From contig NC_043010.1 in NCBI RefSeq assembly GCF_006345805.1, positions 29,822,001 through 29,886,000 of the forward strand: 64,000 nt of DNA, in the 5' to 3' direction. The stretch's first letter is position 1, and every line of letters starts with the position of its first letter. Positions 23,068-34,221 of the stretch are shown here, one piece after another. The translations under genes were made by a program, and so were the position numbers. The notes beneath the pieces were generated by a model that was not told the origin of the DNA, made no database searches, and saw only the letters and a list, made by a program, of their open reading frames with translations. The DNA is from Octopus sinensis (lineage: Eukaryota).

Positions 23068-23610
23068 ATGTATTCAACACAATCTAACATGTATCCTGTT
23101 GGGCAGCAGTTTATGTGTGATATCTGCGGTCGTGCTTTTTCACTCTATGACCAGCTGAAGTTGCACAAACGTTCCCATACCACTGATAACAAGATGTACA
23201 ACTGTGAGGTGTGCAAAAAATCATTCACACAGAAAATCAACTTGAAGAACCATGCCCGAACTCACACTGGAGAAAAACCATTTTCATGCCCAACATGTTC
23301 GAAATCCTTCAGTCAACGTGGCAACCTGAAAATACACCAACGTTCTCACACAGGTGAAAGGCCTTTCCATTGTCACCTTTGTCCCAAAGCCTTTAGTCAG
23401 AAGGGAAACCTAAAAACACATGTTCGAACTCATGTCAACAAGCGTGTTTTCACCTGTGAAACATGTGGTAAAGTCTTTACCCATAAGTCATTGCTTCAGT
23501 GTCATGAAAAGGCTCACATGTTTGAAAGAATGTCAAATATCTCTGATGTCTACACACCAAACAACAGTGCTGTTTTTGACTTGAACAATCCAGCTAGACC
23601 CATGCACTAA
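23068..23610 (+). CDS. C2H2 zinc-finger protein B (180 aa, 5 fingers)
   Basis: Five C2H2 fingers with TGEKP/TGERP linkers; helices LYDQLKL, QKINLKN, QRGNLKI, QKGNLKT, HKSLLQC; in-frame TAA just upstream of the ATG. Confidence 0.93.
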   Translation: MYSTQSNMYPVGQQFMCDICGRAFSLYDQLKLHKRSHTTDNKMYNCEVCKKSFTQKINLKNHARTHTGEKPFSCPTCSKSFSQRGNLKIHQRSHTGERPFHCHLCPKAFSQKGNLKTHVRTHVNKRVFTCETCGKVFTHKSLLQCHEKAHMFERMSNISDVYTPNNSAVFDLNNPARPMH

Positions 23611-25892
23611 GGTGTTGCTATTGCAATGTTTCTAATGTGGATTCTTCATAGCAACCATTCCTACATGATTCTGCACACAGCTTGATGTAGACATCAGTTT
23701 AATTCAAAATTGGTTTTATCCTTTTTCCCATGTTGCTCAATGTAACCACTTAGGTTCATTCTAATAACTTCCTTTATTTCATGCATGATAGATTTCAAAG
23801 AACTCCAAATGTGTTTGTGACAAAACAACTCATGTGCCAAAGTTTCTGTATTTTATTTACTGTGAATTCTTGTTGGTTAAATTTAATTCATCAAAAGAAA
23901 TTTTCTGTTGTGAATTTTTAAAATATTTTTTACCCTTCTTTTAACAATATAGATGTGTGTTTCCTCATGTATTGAAAATTGATGACTAAGCAAAATAATG
24001 ATTTCAAGTTTTGGTACAGGGCCAACAATTTCAGGGGAAGTTGATTACATCGTCCCCAGTACTCAACTGGTATTTATTTTATTGGCCCTGAAAGGATAAG
24101 TCAACCTCAGTGGAATTTTGAACCAAGAACGTAAAGATGGATGAAATGCTACTAAGCATTTTGCCCAGCATGCTAACAATTCTGCCAGTTCACCGCCTTA
24201 CTGGACAAAATCCTAGGAAGACGAACTATTATCATTAAAGTAGCGAATCTGCCCTAGTCCTCCTAGGTGTTCTGAAATATGTTGAGTGTTACATTTTACT
24301 CCTATAAACATTTTTTTTTCTTTGCACTATTGGCACAAGGCCTGAAATGTTTTTGGTGGGAAGGGGCTAGTCGAATACATCACCCCCAGTATTTAACTGG
24401 TACTTATATTATCAACCACAAAAGAATGAATGGCAATGTTTATGCCGTTAGTATTTGGACTCAGAACATAATACTGGAAGAAATTCTGCTAAGTATTTCA
24501 TCCAGTATGCTCAAGATTCTGCCAACTCACCACCTATAAACATTGAGAACACTATAACAATATTAAGTGCTGGTCATGTTGTAAAGCTAATTTTAATAAC
24601 ATTTATGGGTAAATCTTGGATATTTTGAGAAGTTGACATGTGTCATAAAGACAGTGTCAAGGCATCTTTAGAAGACATTGTCTTTGTTAGATGTTCAAAC
24701 ATTGTTGAAACAAGACATGAGATTCGATATGTTGTGTCATCATTGTCCTCCTCCTCTTCCTCATCTTCTTTTCTATGCATGCATGGATAAAACAAAATTT
24801 TATAAAGGTAGATTTTCAACAACTGGATGCTCTTCTAGTTACCAACTCTTGCCTGTTTCCAGTCAAAGTAATATTTCCACATGACCAGACTTATTTTTCA
24901 TAGAAGAACAGAAATAAACAACATTGCATGTATGATGGTGTTTGCAAGCATTGTGTGATATCAAGACATGGGTACACACACACACACACACAATTTTTTC
25001 TTTAAGTTTCTGTCTGCTGATCCACTCACAAAACCTTTGTTAGCCTGACACTGTAGTAGAAAACACATGTCCAAGGTGGCACACAGTGGAATTGAAACTG
25101 AAACCACGTGGTTGGGAAACAAGCTTCTTAACTACACAGTTATTCCTACACCTGCAGTCTAAGAATATATTGTTTATGCTCAGCAAGGCTTCAAAAATTC
25201 TTAAAAGTGTGTGTGTGTGTATATCCAAGTGTCAGTATGAGTATTTTATAATAGTATGTATTGAGATGTGTGTGTGTGATCTCAAAATATCCAAGACATA
25301 TAAATGATATTAAAATCAGCTTTGCAGTGTGACCAGCACTTATTAATGTTGTAAGTGTATTATATGTCAGTAGTTCATCTTTCTGCTCTTAATCTTTGTT
25401 TATCTCTCTCACTCTGTGTGCGTGCGTGCGGTGCGTGCATGCATGTGTGTGTTTGTGTGTATGTGAAGGCAGGTATTTGATTCCTGAATTAGATGCTTTG
25501 CTGTGTCTTTGAGCAAGGTATTTCATTTAATAGTGCTTCAGTCTTTTCAACTGTAAATGAGTACCAGTGGAATGCTGGTGCAGACCTCTCTCTTCCTCCA
25601 GCTGTCACAATCTTCATATTCTACAGGGTAAAAGCATGGCAGGGTTGAAAGGGTGCTTATGTCTTCTTGTAACTCCAAAGGTACTTTAGACAGTTAGTGA
25701 AAGTATGGCACATGATGCCAAGTCATACTTACGTGTGAGTGACAGGTATATATATTTATAGATATATATATATGAATTGATTAGATAGAAGTCGTGAAGT
25801 GAGAGAATAGATGTTTATTCCATTGCTTGACAGCTATTTTATAATCTGTGTTAGTTACTTAAGTGATGCTACATCATCATTATATATATAAG

Positions 25893-25945
<53 letters not shown>

Positions 25946-26194
25946 TCCTCATCATCATCGTTTAACGTCCGCTTTCCATGCTAGCATGGGTTGGACGATT
26001 TTGACTGAGGGCTGGCGAACCAGATGGCTGCACCAGGCTCCAGTCTAGATTTGGCAGGGTTTCTACAGCTGGATGCCCTTCCTAACGCCGACCACTCCGA
26101 GAGTGTAGTGGGTGGTTTTATGTGCCACCGGCACAGGGGCCAATCAGGCGGTACTGGCAACGATCTCGCTCGAATCCTTTTTTACATGCCACCA

Positions 26195-26247
<53 letters not shown>

Positions 26248-26304
26248 TATATGCCTATGTACATATATATATATGTATGTATACACACACATACACACGC
26301 ACTG

Positions 26305-27096
26305 TCATCTAAATTACACAAAAATCAAATTAACATTGACATCTCATTTTAACAGATATATTTACTAAAAGTACATAAAAATGTTTTGAAATACTAGCGA
26401 GTTGCCATTAGCTTCAACCACAGCCTCCAGATAACTTCAGAATCTCCTGCAACTCTTCTGGATGGTCTCCTTGTTTAAGTTGATGAATGTTGCCATAATC
26501 CTTGCCTTCAATTCAAGAAGTTTTGTTGGTCTCTTGCTCAGCTGTACCCCATTCAATAATCAAGGTGGTTGCAGTCTGGGGAGTTAGGTGGCCAGATGTT
26601 AGGGGTGATGTGGTTGCAGAAATTGTCTGACAGTCATGACTGGATTCTCCTGCTTGTGTGGCATGGTGCAGAATCCTGTTGCCAGACGTAGTCTTTCAGC
26701 AGCCACCCTTTTGACCCAAGGCAGCACCACCTCCTCCAGGCACTTGATGTAAACCTCCGTGTTGAGTCTGAAGTCATGTGGAAAAATGAATGGAGGCATA
26801 ATGTTGCTATCACTATTTATTACTCCAAACACCATGATGCTGATTGTTATTATCCTCAGATAGACGCCCAAATACTCTGAAATGTTCATATAAGACCTTT
26901 TTGCATGAATGGTAAGCAGTACAGCATGTCGTTTCCAAATTTCTTGCAGAGTGAATTGCATCATGGTGCTGTTTTTTCTCAGAGATGGTGCCCAACTGAC
27001 CCTACTGTGCTGTGTAGTCAACAAAATCAAAAACAAATAATGTGCATACATGGAATTAAAAATATAAAATGGCGACAATTTACCCATCACACTCTG
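26305..27096 (-). mobile_element. DD37D (maT) transposon remnant, copy 2, internally deleted
   Basis: WQQD-SAPCHTSRRIQS*LSDNFCNHITPNIWPPNSPDCNHL-D gives 37 residues between the 2nd and 3rd catalytic D; terminal (ta)cagagtgtgatgggtaaattgtcgcc. Confidence 0.8.
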
Positions 27097-28235
27097 TATA
27101 CGCACACACATGCACACACACGCACACTCATAAATATAATTTTGTGGTAACATAATGAATAGACTACACTTCCAAATATTTCATGGTAAGTTAAAACAAC
27201 AGACTGTTCTAAATAGAGAATAATTTTATTATGTAATCACAGAAAATTGATGTATTTGCCTGTTTTCAGTCTTTACAAATACTAGAATTATCATATAAGG
27301 AGTGCACTAATGAAGTGAGAATAGTAGATTAAAATGAATTAAAAAAAAAAAGAATACTATAAGATAAATACAATTAAATAAAAAAAAATAATGATAAAAT
27401 AAGAAAAAAGTTATCATAAAGGTGCTTTGTGATAAGATAACTGTGTGATAAGAAGCTTACTTCTCAGCCACAATAGTTCTGGGTTCAGTCCCATCACATG
27501 GCACCTTGGGTACGTGTCTTCTGCGCCTTAGAGCAGCCAAAGCCTTGTGAGTAGATCTGGTATACAAAAACTGAAAAGAAGCCTCACACATACACACACA
27601 CACACACACGTGTGTGTATCTTTGTGACTGTGTTTGTCCCCTCACTACTGCTTGACAACCAGTGCTGGTGTGTTTATGTCCCTGTAACTGAGCAGTTCAG
27701 CTAGAGGGACAGATAGAATAAGTACTAGGCTTCAAAAGTAAGTTCTAGGGTCGATTTGTTTGACCCTTCAAGGCAGTGTCCCATCATAGCTGCAGTCAAA
27801 TGACTGAAACAAGTAAAAGATGAAGATTTGGCTGACCATCCTGCAGTATCTGCATGAATAAACTGTATGATAAAAAGAAAGAGTCTAAGATAAATGCAGT
27901 AGAGTTTGTCGGTTTAACTTGCCATGAAATATTCTGAAGTGTAGTATGCTTCTTATGTTACAGCACAGTATTGTGTGTGTGAGTGTGTATATGTATCATC
28001 ATGATCATTTAATGTCCACTTTCCATGCTGGCATGGGTTAGATGGTTTGACTGAATACTGGTCAGCCAAAGTGCTGTACCAGGTTCTGATTTGATTTGGC
28101 AAGGTTACTATGGCTGGATGCCCTTCCTAATGCCAACCACTCTGAGAGTGTAGTGGGTGCTTTTTACATGCCACCAGCTTATATGCATGTATGTATATAT
28201 GTATATATATATGTGTGTGTGTGTGTGCATAGATA

Positions 28236-28460
28236 TAAATACAAAAATGGGACAAGAATGCAAAACATCCAGACAGACGATACAAAGAAAACAAGGGCGG
28301 GTCATTCGGAGTTTTCCTTCCTCAGTTGAGTTCCAGATTATCTTTGCAATTTCAGCTGGTTATACTCGAGATTGCTCCAATCTGGCCAGCCCCAAGGAAA
28401 AACTAAGCTAAGTGCATTAGATTCCTTGGAAGAAAGCAGTGAATGTATATGAAAACAAGG

Positions 28461-28461
<1 letters not shown>
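28236..28461. repeat. Unclassified dispersed repeat (family E); further copies 40977-41345 and 41735-42118 in direct tandem
   Basis: Three copies of tacaaaatgggacaagaatg...gagattgctccaatctggccagccccaaggaaaaactaagc. Confidence 0.75.
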
Positions 28462-28522
<61 letters not shown>

Positions 28523-28652
28523 TACATACACATGTCTGTATATATATATATAATATATATACACACACACACACACATACATACACATGTCTGTATATAT
28601 ATATATATATATATACATACACACACACACATACATACACATGTCTGTATAT

Positions 28653-28695
<43 letters not shown>

Positions 28696-29400
28696 GTATT
28701 ATATGCATATATGTGTGCATTTGTATATATGTATATTTCTGTATATGTATGTAAGAGAGAGGACTGCACAGGTATGGTCAAGTGATGCATATGGATGAGG
28801 ACAGCTGTGTGAAGTGCAACACCCAAAAGCGGAGGGAACTTGTGGTAGACCCAAGAAGCGGAGGTAGACCCAAGAAGACATGGGATGAGATGGTGAAGCA
28901 CAACCCTTGAATGTTGAGCTTCACAGAGACAAGGACAAGCGACTGAGGCCTCTGGAGATATTCCATGCTTTAGAAGACTTGGCAAGCCAAGTGAGATTAT
29001 AGTCATGGCTGATATCAGTGTTGCATAACTGGTCTATTTAAAAGCACCCTTCAATCGTTGGCTGATATGCTGTGCTTGTGAAGACCTGTTGAACTGAGTG
29101 AAATCGTAGTTGTGGCCAATACCGGTGGCACCCATGCTGGTGGCACATAAAAAGTACCAATAGAGCATAGCCAATGCCAGTGCTGCCTGACTAGTTCCTG
29201 TGCCAGTGGCACATAATAAGCACCTACTACACTCTCAGAGCAGTTGGTGTTAGAAAGGGCATCCAGCTGTAGAAACCTTGCCAGATCAGATTGGAGCCTG
29301 GTGCAGCCTACCGGCCTGCCAGTTGATCTGCCCAACCCATACCAGCATTGAAAGTAGACGTTAAATGACGATGATGTATCTATCTATCTATCTATCTATC

Positions 29401-29439
<39 letters not shown>

Positions 29440-29773
29440 ATATATATATATATATATATATTTATGGATGTGTGTATTTTCCCCTTGTTTACAATTAACA
29501 TAGAAAAAATAAATAAACAGTTACCAGGACAGCAAAAAATCACACAAGTAACAAGGACATAGCACCCTGTTCGTAAAGGTAGAAACTCCATGTTGATGTG
29601 AAATGTTTTGTATAATATATATAAATAAATAAATGGAGTTATACAAGAATTTTAATAACACCTGCGTTTAACTCCATATATATATACACATATATATGTG
29701 TGTGTGTATGCATGTATATATATATGTGTGTGTGTATATACATGTATGTATATGTATATATATATATATAATA

Positions 29774-29844
<71 letters not shown>

Positions 29845-30229
29845 CTATATGTATATTTGTTTGTATACATGTAACGGTTGATGTAGTGTTACTTATGTAA
29901 CTAATAAAGATTATGAAACAGCTGTCAACTAATGGAATAAACACTTATTTTCTGACTTCTCTTATCTGATCGATTTTTATACAGTTGTAGTGAAGGAAGA
30001 ATGTAGAGATCTCTCTCATGAGAGCAATGAAATCCTAGATTAGGAAGATTTTAAAGAAAATGAAATACACAATGGAGATGTCAACACTGTTGCTTTAAAA
30101 GATAGGTAAGAATAAAATGGTGGAGAATAAAATGAATGGATGTGTGGGATACAAAACAAGGACAAACTCTCAGCATACAGTGAAAATCTTAAAGAAAAAT
30201 GCTGTCATTTGTTGGATGTATCTGGAAGA

Positions 30230-30660
30230 AAAAATGAGAATGAAGATCCTGTCTAATGTTAACTGGAAGCATGTGGATCAATGGAGAGTAAGAAAACTCA
30301 AAGAAAGTGTTGAACAGGAAATTGCAATTTTACTCGCTGCGGAGTAGTAAGAACTAGTAAAAGTAGTTGATACTAAATAAAAAAGATACAAACTATGAAC
30401 AATCAAAATGTAAACAGATCTGTGTCCCAACAAGATGGGTGACAACTGAAAAATACAAATACTATACGATAATGAAAGCCTGACTTGTTATACATGGTTA
30501 TAAGGAAGAGTCAAAATAATCTAACAACATATTCTCCAATATGCAACTTTAAAGATGCGTGGTTAGTTATGTTATCTACAACAATTATGAATTGGCGAGT
30601 GAAGAAGGCTTTTAATTTTACATCAGCATATTTTTGTAGGATGATATACAAAAGAGAGAG
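30230..30660 (+). pseudogene. Decayed Ty1/copia-like reverse transcriptase fragment
   Basis: Across frames: PTRWVTTEK...MKA*LVIHGYKEE...YSPIC..KDAWLVMLSTTIMNWRVKKAFNFTSAYF, resembling the copia RWV..K..KARLVARG..SPT..W....D...AF motif order. Confidence 0.55.
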
Positions 30661-31080
30661 GTGTTCCTTAAGCTCCCTTCTGATAGAACAGATTTTTTTT
30701 TGTTATGAGAGAATGGGTGGAAGAATAACTGTGAATAACAGAGGGAAGAGTGTTGGGGTGGAGGGAGTTAAGGAGGAATCAAGGGAGAGAGAAAGAGCAA
30801 AGAAAAATAATGCAGACTGAGCCACTGACCCATTGATTAAGCATCTTTGACCAGGCCATATTAGAGCATGTAGTGATGAAATACAAATTATTTTTACACT
30901 TTAGATGGTAGATCTTAAGGGACCTGAAATCCTCTTCCCTTAGACATGACAGTAATCCCACCCACACCCTAATCATAAAATCTTAGTTGTACAGTGGGGT
31001 CTCTAAATACGAGCATAATCTGTTCTGGACCATGTTTGTTAACCAAATTGTTTATTACATGAGTAATTGAAATGCATATA

Positions 31081-31975
31081 CGAAGGTTGGCTGAGAAGTT
31101 CATAGGCTGACCAAGATACCCTCAAGAAGCTTCCATCCTGTTGGTCAAAAATGTCATCAACAGCAACTATGAGTTCATCATCACTGTACTACTGGTTCCC
31201 AGCCAAGTGTCTTTTCATGTTGGGGGAAGAGATGATAGCCAGATGGGGCCAAATTAGAAGAATAGGGAGGATGATCAACCAGTTCAAAGGCATAGTCCTG
31301 TATAGCAGCCATTGAAACTAAGGACTTGTGTGCTGGAGCATTATCCTGATGAAAAAAGAACCTTTTCATCAGTTTTCCTGGGTGTTTGGTGTTGATAGCC
31401 TGTTGTAATTGCTTCAGCAAGTTAGCGTAGTACTCTCCATTGATGGCAGGGTCCTTTTGAAGATAGTCAGTATACTCAATACCTTTTGCATCTCAAAAAA
31501 CTGATGTCATCACCTTCTCTGCAGATGAAACAACCCTGACTTTCTATGGACCAGTTGAAGAGGAGTGTTTCCACTTCATGAATTGTCTCTTTGTCTCTGG
31601 TTCAAAGTAATGAATGCAACACTCATCCTGGGTCAGGAAATGGTCAAGGAAACCAGCTGGATATGCCTCAAATAATATCAGATTTTCCTTGGTGTGCTTT
31701 TGATTAGATGAGCAGAAACTTTCAGTCATGCTAAGTTCATTGTGCAGAGTATTCTCAGCTCCCACGTGGTATATGCTGATAGTATTGGCCATTTTGATTT
31801 ATAGTCAATTGCCTGTCCTTCATCACTATGTGATGAACATGATTAATGTTTTCCTTAGAGGTGGCAGTTGCAGAACATCCAGACCTCGGGTCATCTTCAA
31901 GATTCTCCTTTCCCCTCCTAAATTTAGCTGCCCACTTTTGCATTGTTGATAAATGCTGGAGCATCATCCCCTAAT
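31081..31975 (-). mobile_element. Mariner transposase remnant
   Basis: QKWAAKFRRGKENLEDDPRSG, TQDECCIHYFEPETKRQ and HQDNAPAHKS...HPPYSSNLAPS motifs; TA|cgaaggttggctgagaagttc terminus. Confidence 0.85.
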
Positions 31976-32344
31976 GTAAAAACCATGTCAGCTGATTTCT
32001 AACTGTGGAGGGAACCTGGGCAAGAGATAGACCCAGGAAAACATGGGAAGAGGTGGTGAAGTATCTTTGGATGTTGGGTCACAGAGGCGATGACAAGAGA
32101 CTGTAGCCGTTGATGATTTGCTGTGCTTGAGAAGACATGTCAAGCCAAGTGAAATCACAGTTGTGGTCAGTGCTGGATTGCTGAGACCCCCTTCGGTCAT
32201 GACTGACCATGGGATTGCACCTAGGAAGTTACCCTCCCAGGCACAAGTCTGGGCAAGGTTGTTTATGGAAGACCAGCACTCGCCCATGCATATCGGCCTC
32301 TCCTCTCCACGCCACCAGTGTTATCCAAGCTTGGCACCTGTGAT

Positions 32345-32495
32345 GTAACTCATTTCTACAGCTGAGTGAACTGGAGCAACGTGAAATAAAGTGTCTTGCT
32401 CAAGAACACAACATACAGCCCGGTCCGGGATTCGAACTCACAACCTCACAATTGTAAGTTCAATGCTCTAACCACCGAGCTATGCGCCTTCACAG
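32345..32495 (-). mobile_element. tRNA-derived SINE nested inside an RTE 3' end
   Basis: Head ggcgcatagctcggtggttagagc...gagttcgaatccc with A/B boxes, then cttgagcaagacac...gctccagttcactcagctg. Confidence 0.7.
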
Positions 32496-34221
32496 TGGCC
32501 AGTGCCAGAGACATGTAAATAGCATCAACTACACCCTATGAAGTGGTTGGTGTTAGCAAGAGCATCCAGCCATCAAAATCAAGCCAAAACAGACTGGAGC
32601 CTGGGGCAGCTCTCTGTCTTGCCAGTTGCAGTTAAACCATCTAACCCATGCCAATGTGAAAAATAAATGCTAAATGGTGATGATAATGAGTACACTATAA
32701 CATATACATGCAGTCAATATATCTGGTACACTATAATGACAGATGTAAACTACATCAAGTGGGAGAATCTGTAGTATGCCATTACATAGTCTGCTAATGA
32801 AAGAGAACAAAACGTTGAAGAAGATAATTTGGAATGGATATTAAATCAACAGTTCCACCTGGCAATCTCCTTAAAGCAACATATTCCTCACACCCACCTT
32901 TCTGTGTGTTGTATCTATGTATTTACGAAAGTATGTATGCAGCATTGTGTGTATATGACAGCTGTATTAATGTTTTCATCCCATTGCCACTGCTGTTCTT
33001 ACCCATCAAACCCAAGCCAACAATGAAAAACATATAAAATTATGTTGATATAAACTGATCATCATAATAATTTCAAGTATGGGTTGGACAATTTGGTAGG
33101 AGCCAATTGGCTGAAGGACCATATCTTGCTCCAGCATCTCAGTTTTGGCATGGTTTATATGGTTAGATGCCCTTCCTAAAACCAAAAGCTTTATTGAGTG
33201 TACAAGGTACTTTTTGCATGGCACCAGTACTAAATGAGGAGTAGAGACGAGTAAAGGGCTAGAGCAGAACAGGTTTGTTGTAGTAGAGGAGCTGCAAGAC
33301 TACTCACATTTGAGGAGGGAGGATGAGAATGATTGAGTGGAGAGGGAAAGTGACAAAAAACATAGTGGTGATAAGGCATCAAGATAGATCTTCAAGGTAC
33401 AAAGTGAGTAGGGATGAGTGGTGCAGAGGGACAGGGAGTGAATGGAGAGTAGGAGATGCAAAGCAGATCAGTAGAAAAGAAATGATGATACTGTAAATAG
33501 GACAAGAGATGACATGCTGTTGGGTAGGTTGTAAGAGTGAATGCGGAGGAGATAGGCAGGTGTAGAGTATGAAAAGGGGGAGATATATGGTGGTGGCGGA
33601 TGAATCTGGCAGACCAGTGTGTGATGGGTGGGGGTGATCAATGAAATTAAGGGCAGAGAGAACAGTATTAATGGATAAAGGATGGATAACAAATGAAGTG
33701 GTTCTGAGTACTAAGAAATGTGGCATAAAAGGTGTAGATATAGGGAGGTGATTGGTGTTTTGAGAAAGGAAAATAGGTGAAGGGCCCAGTTGTATTTATA
33801 TATATATATATACACATACGGCTCTACCTGAATTCAGTTACACTGAGGTAAGCAGGTATTCTTGAGAGCTGTACACATATACGCATGCTTCCCAACCCCA
33901 ACCTTGTGGCCTTGGGTTTAGCCCCACTGCGAAGTGCCTTGAGGAAAGTGTTTTCTACTATAGTCTTGAGCTGACAAAAGCCTTTGTCAGTGAATTTGGT
34001 AGGCAGAAACTAAAAGCCTGTTTTCTGTATCCATGTGTGTGTGAAAGTGCTTGCACCTCCTAGACACTCACACATATTTGACAGTGGAAGGGAAAAATAC
34101 GAACAAGCAAGCATACAAGATATAACAGAGAAACAAATATACAAACTAAATATGAATTGTAATTTTTAAAATTTTATTTTCATTGTAATTTTTGAAATGA
34201 TAAAGGAAAAATGAAGTTATG

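Noticed and set aside
28290-28330. CTGAGGA...CCGAAT hammerhead-like motif in family E
   Set aside because: GAAT or AAAT instead of GAAA in all three copies and no stem I complementarity
29983-30106. Exon-like segment (acceptor...VVKEE...GTAAG donor)
   Set aside because: In-frame TAG and contiguity with a copia RT relic; no partner exons
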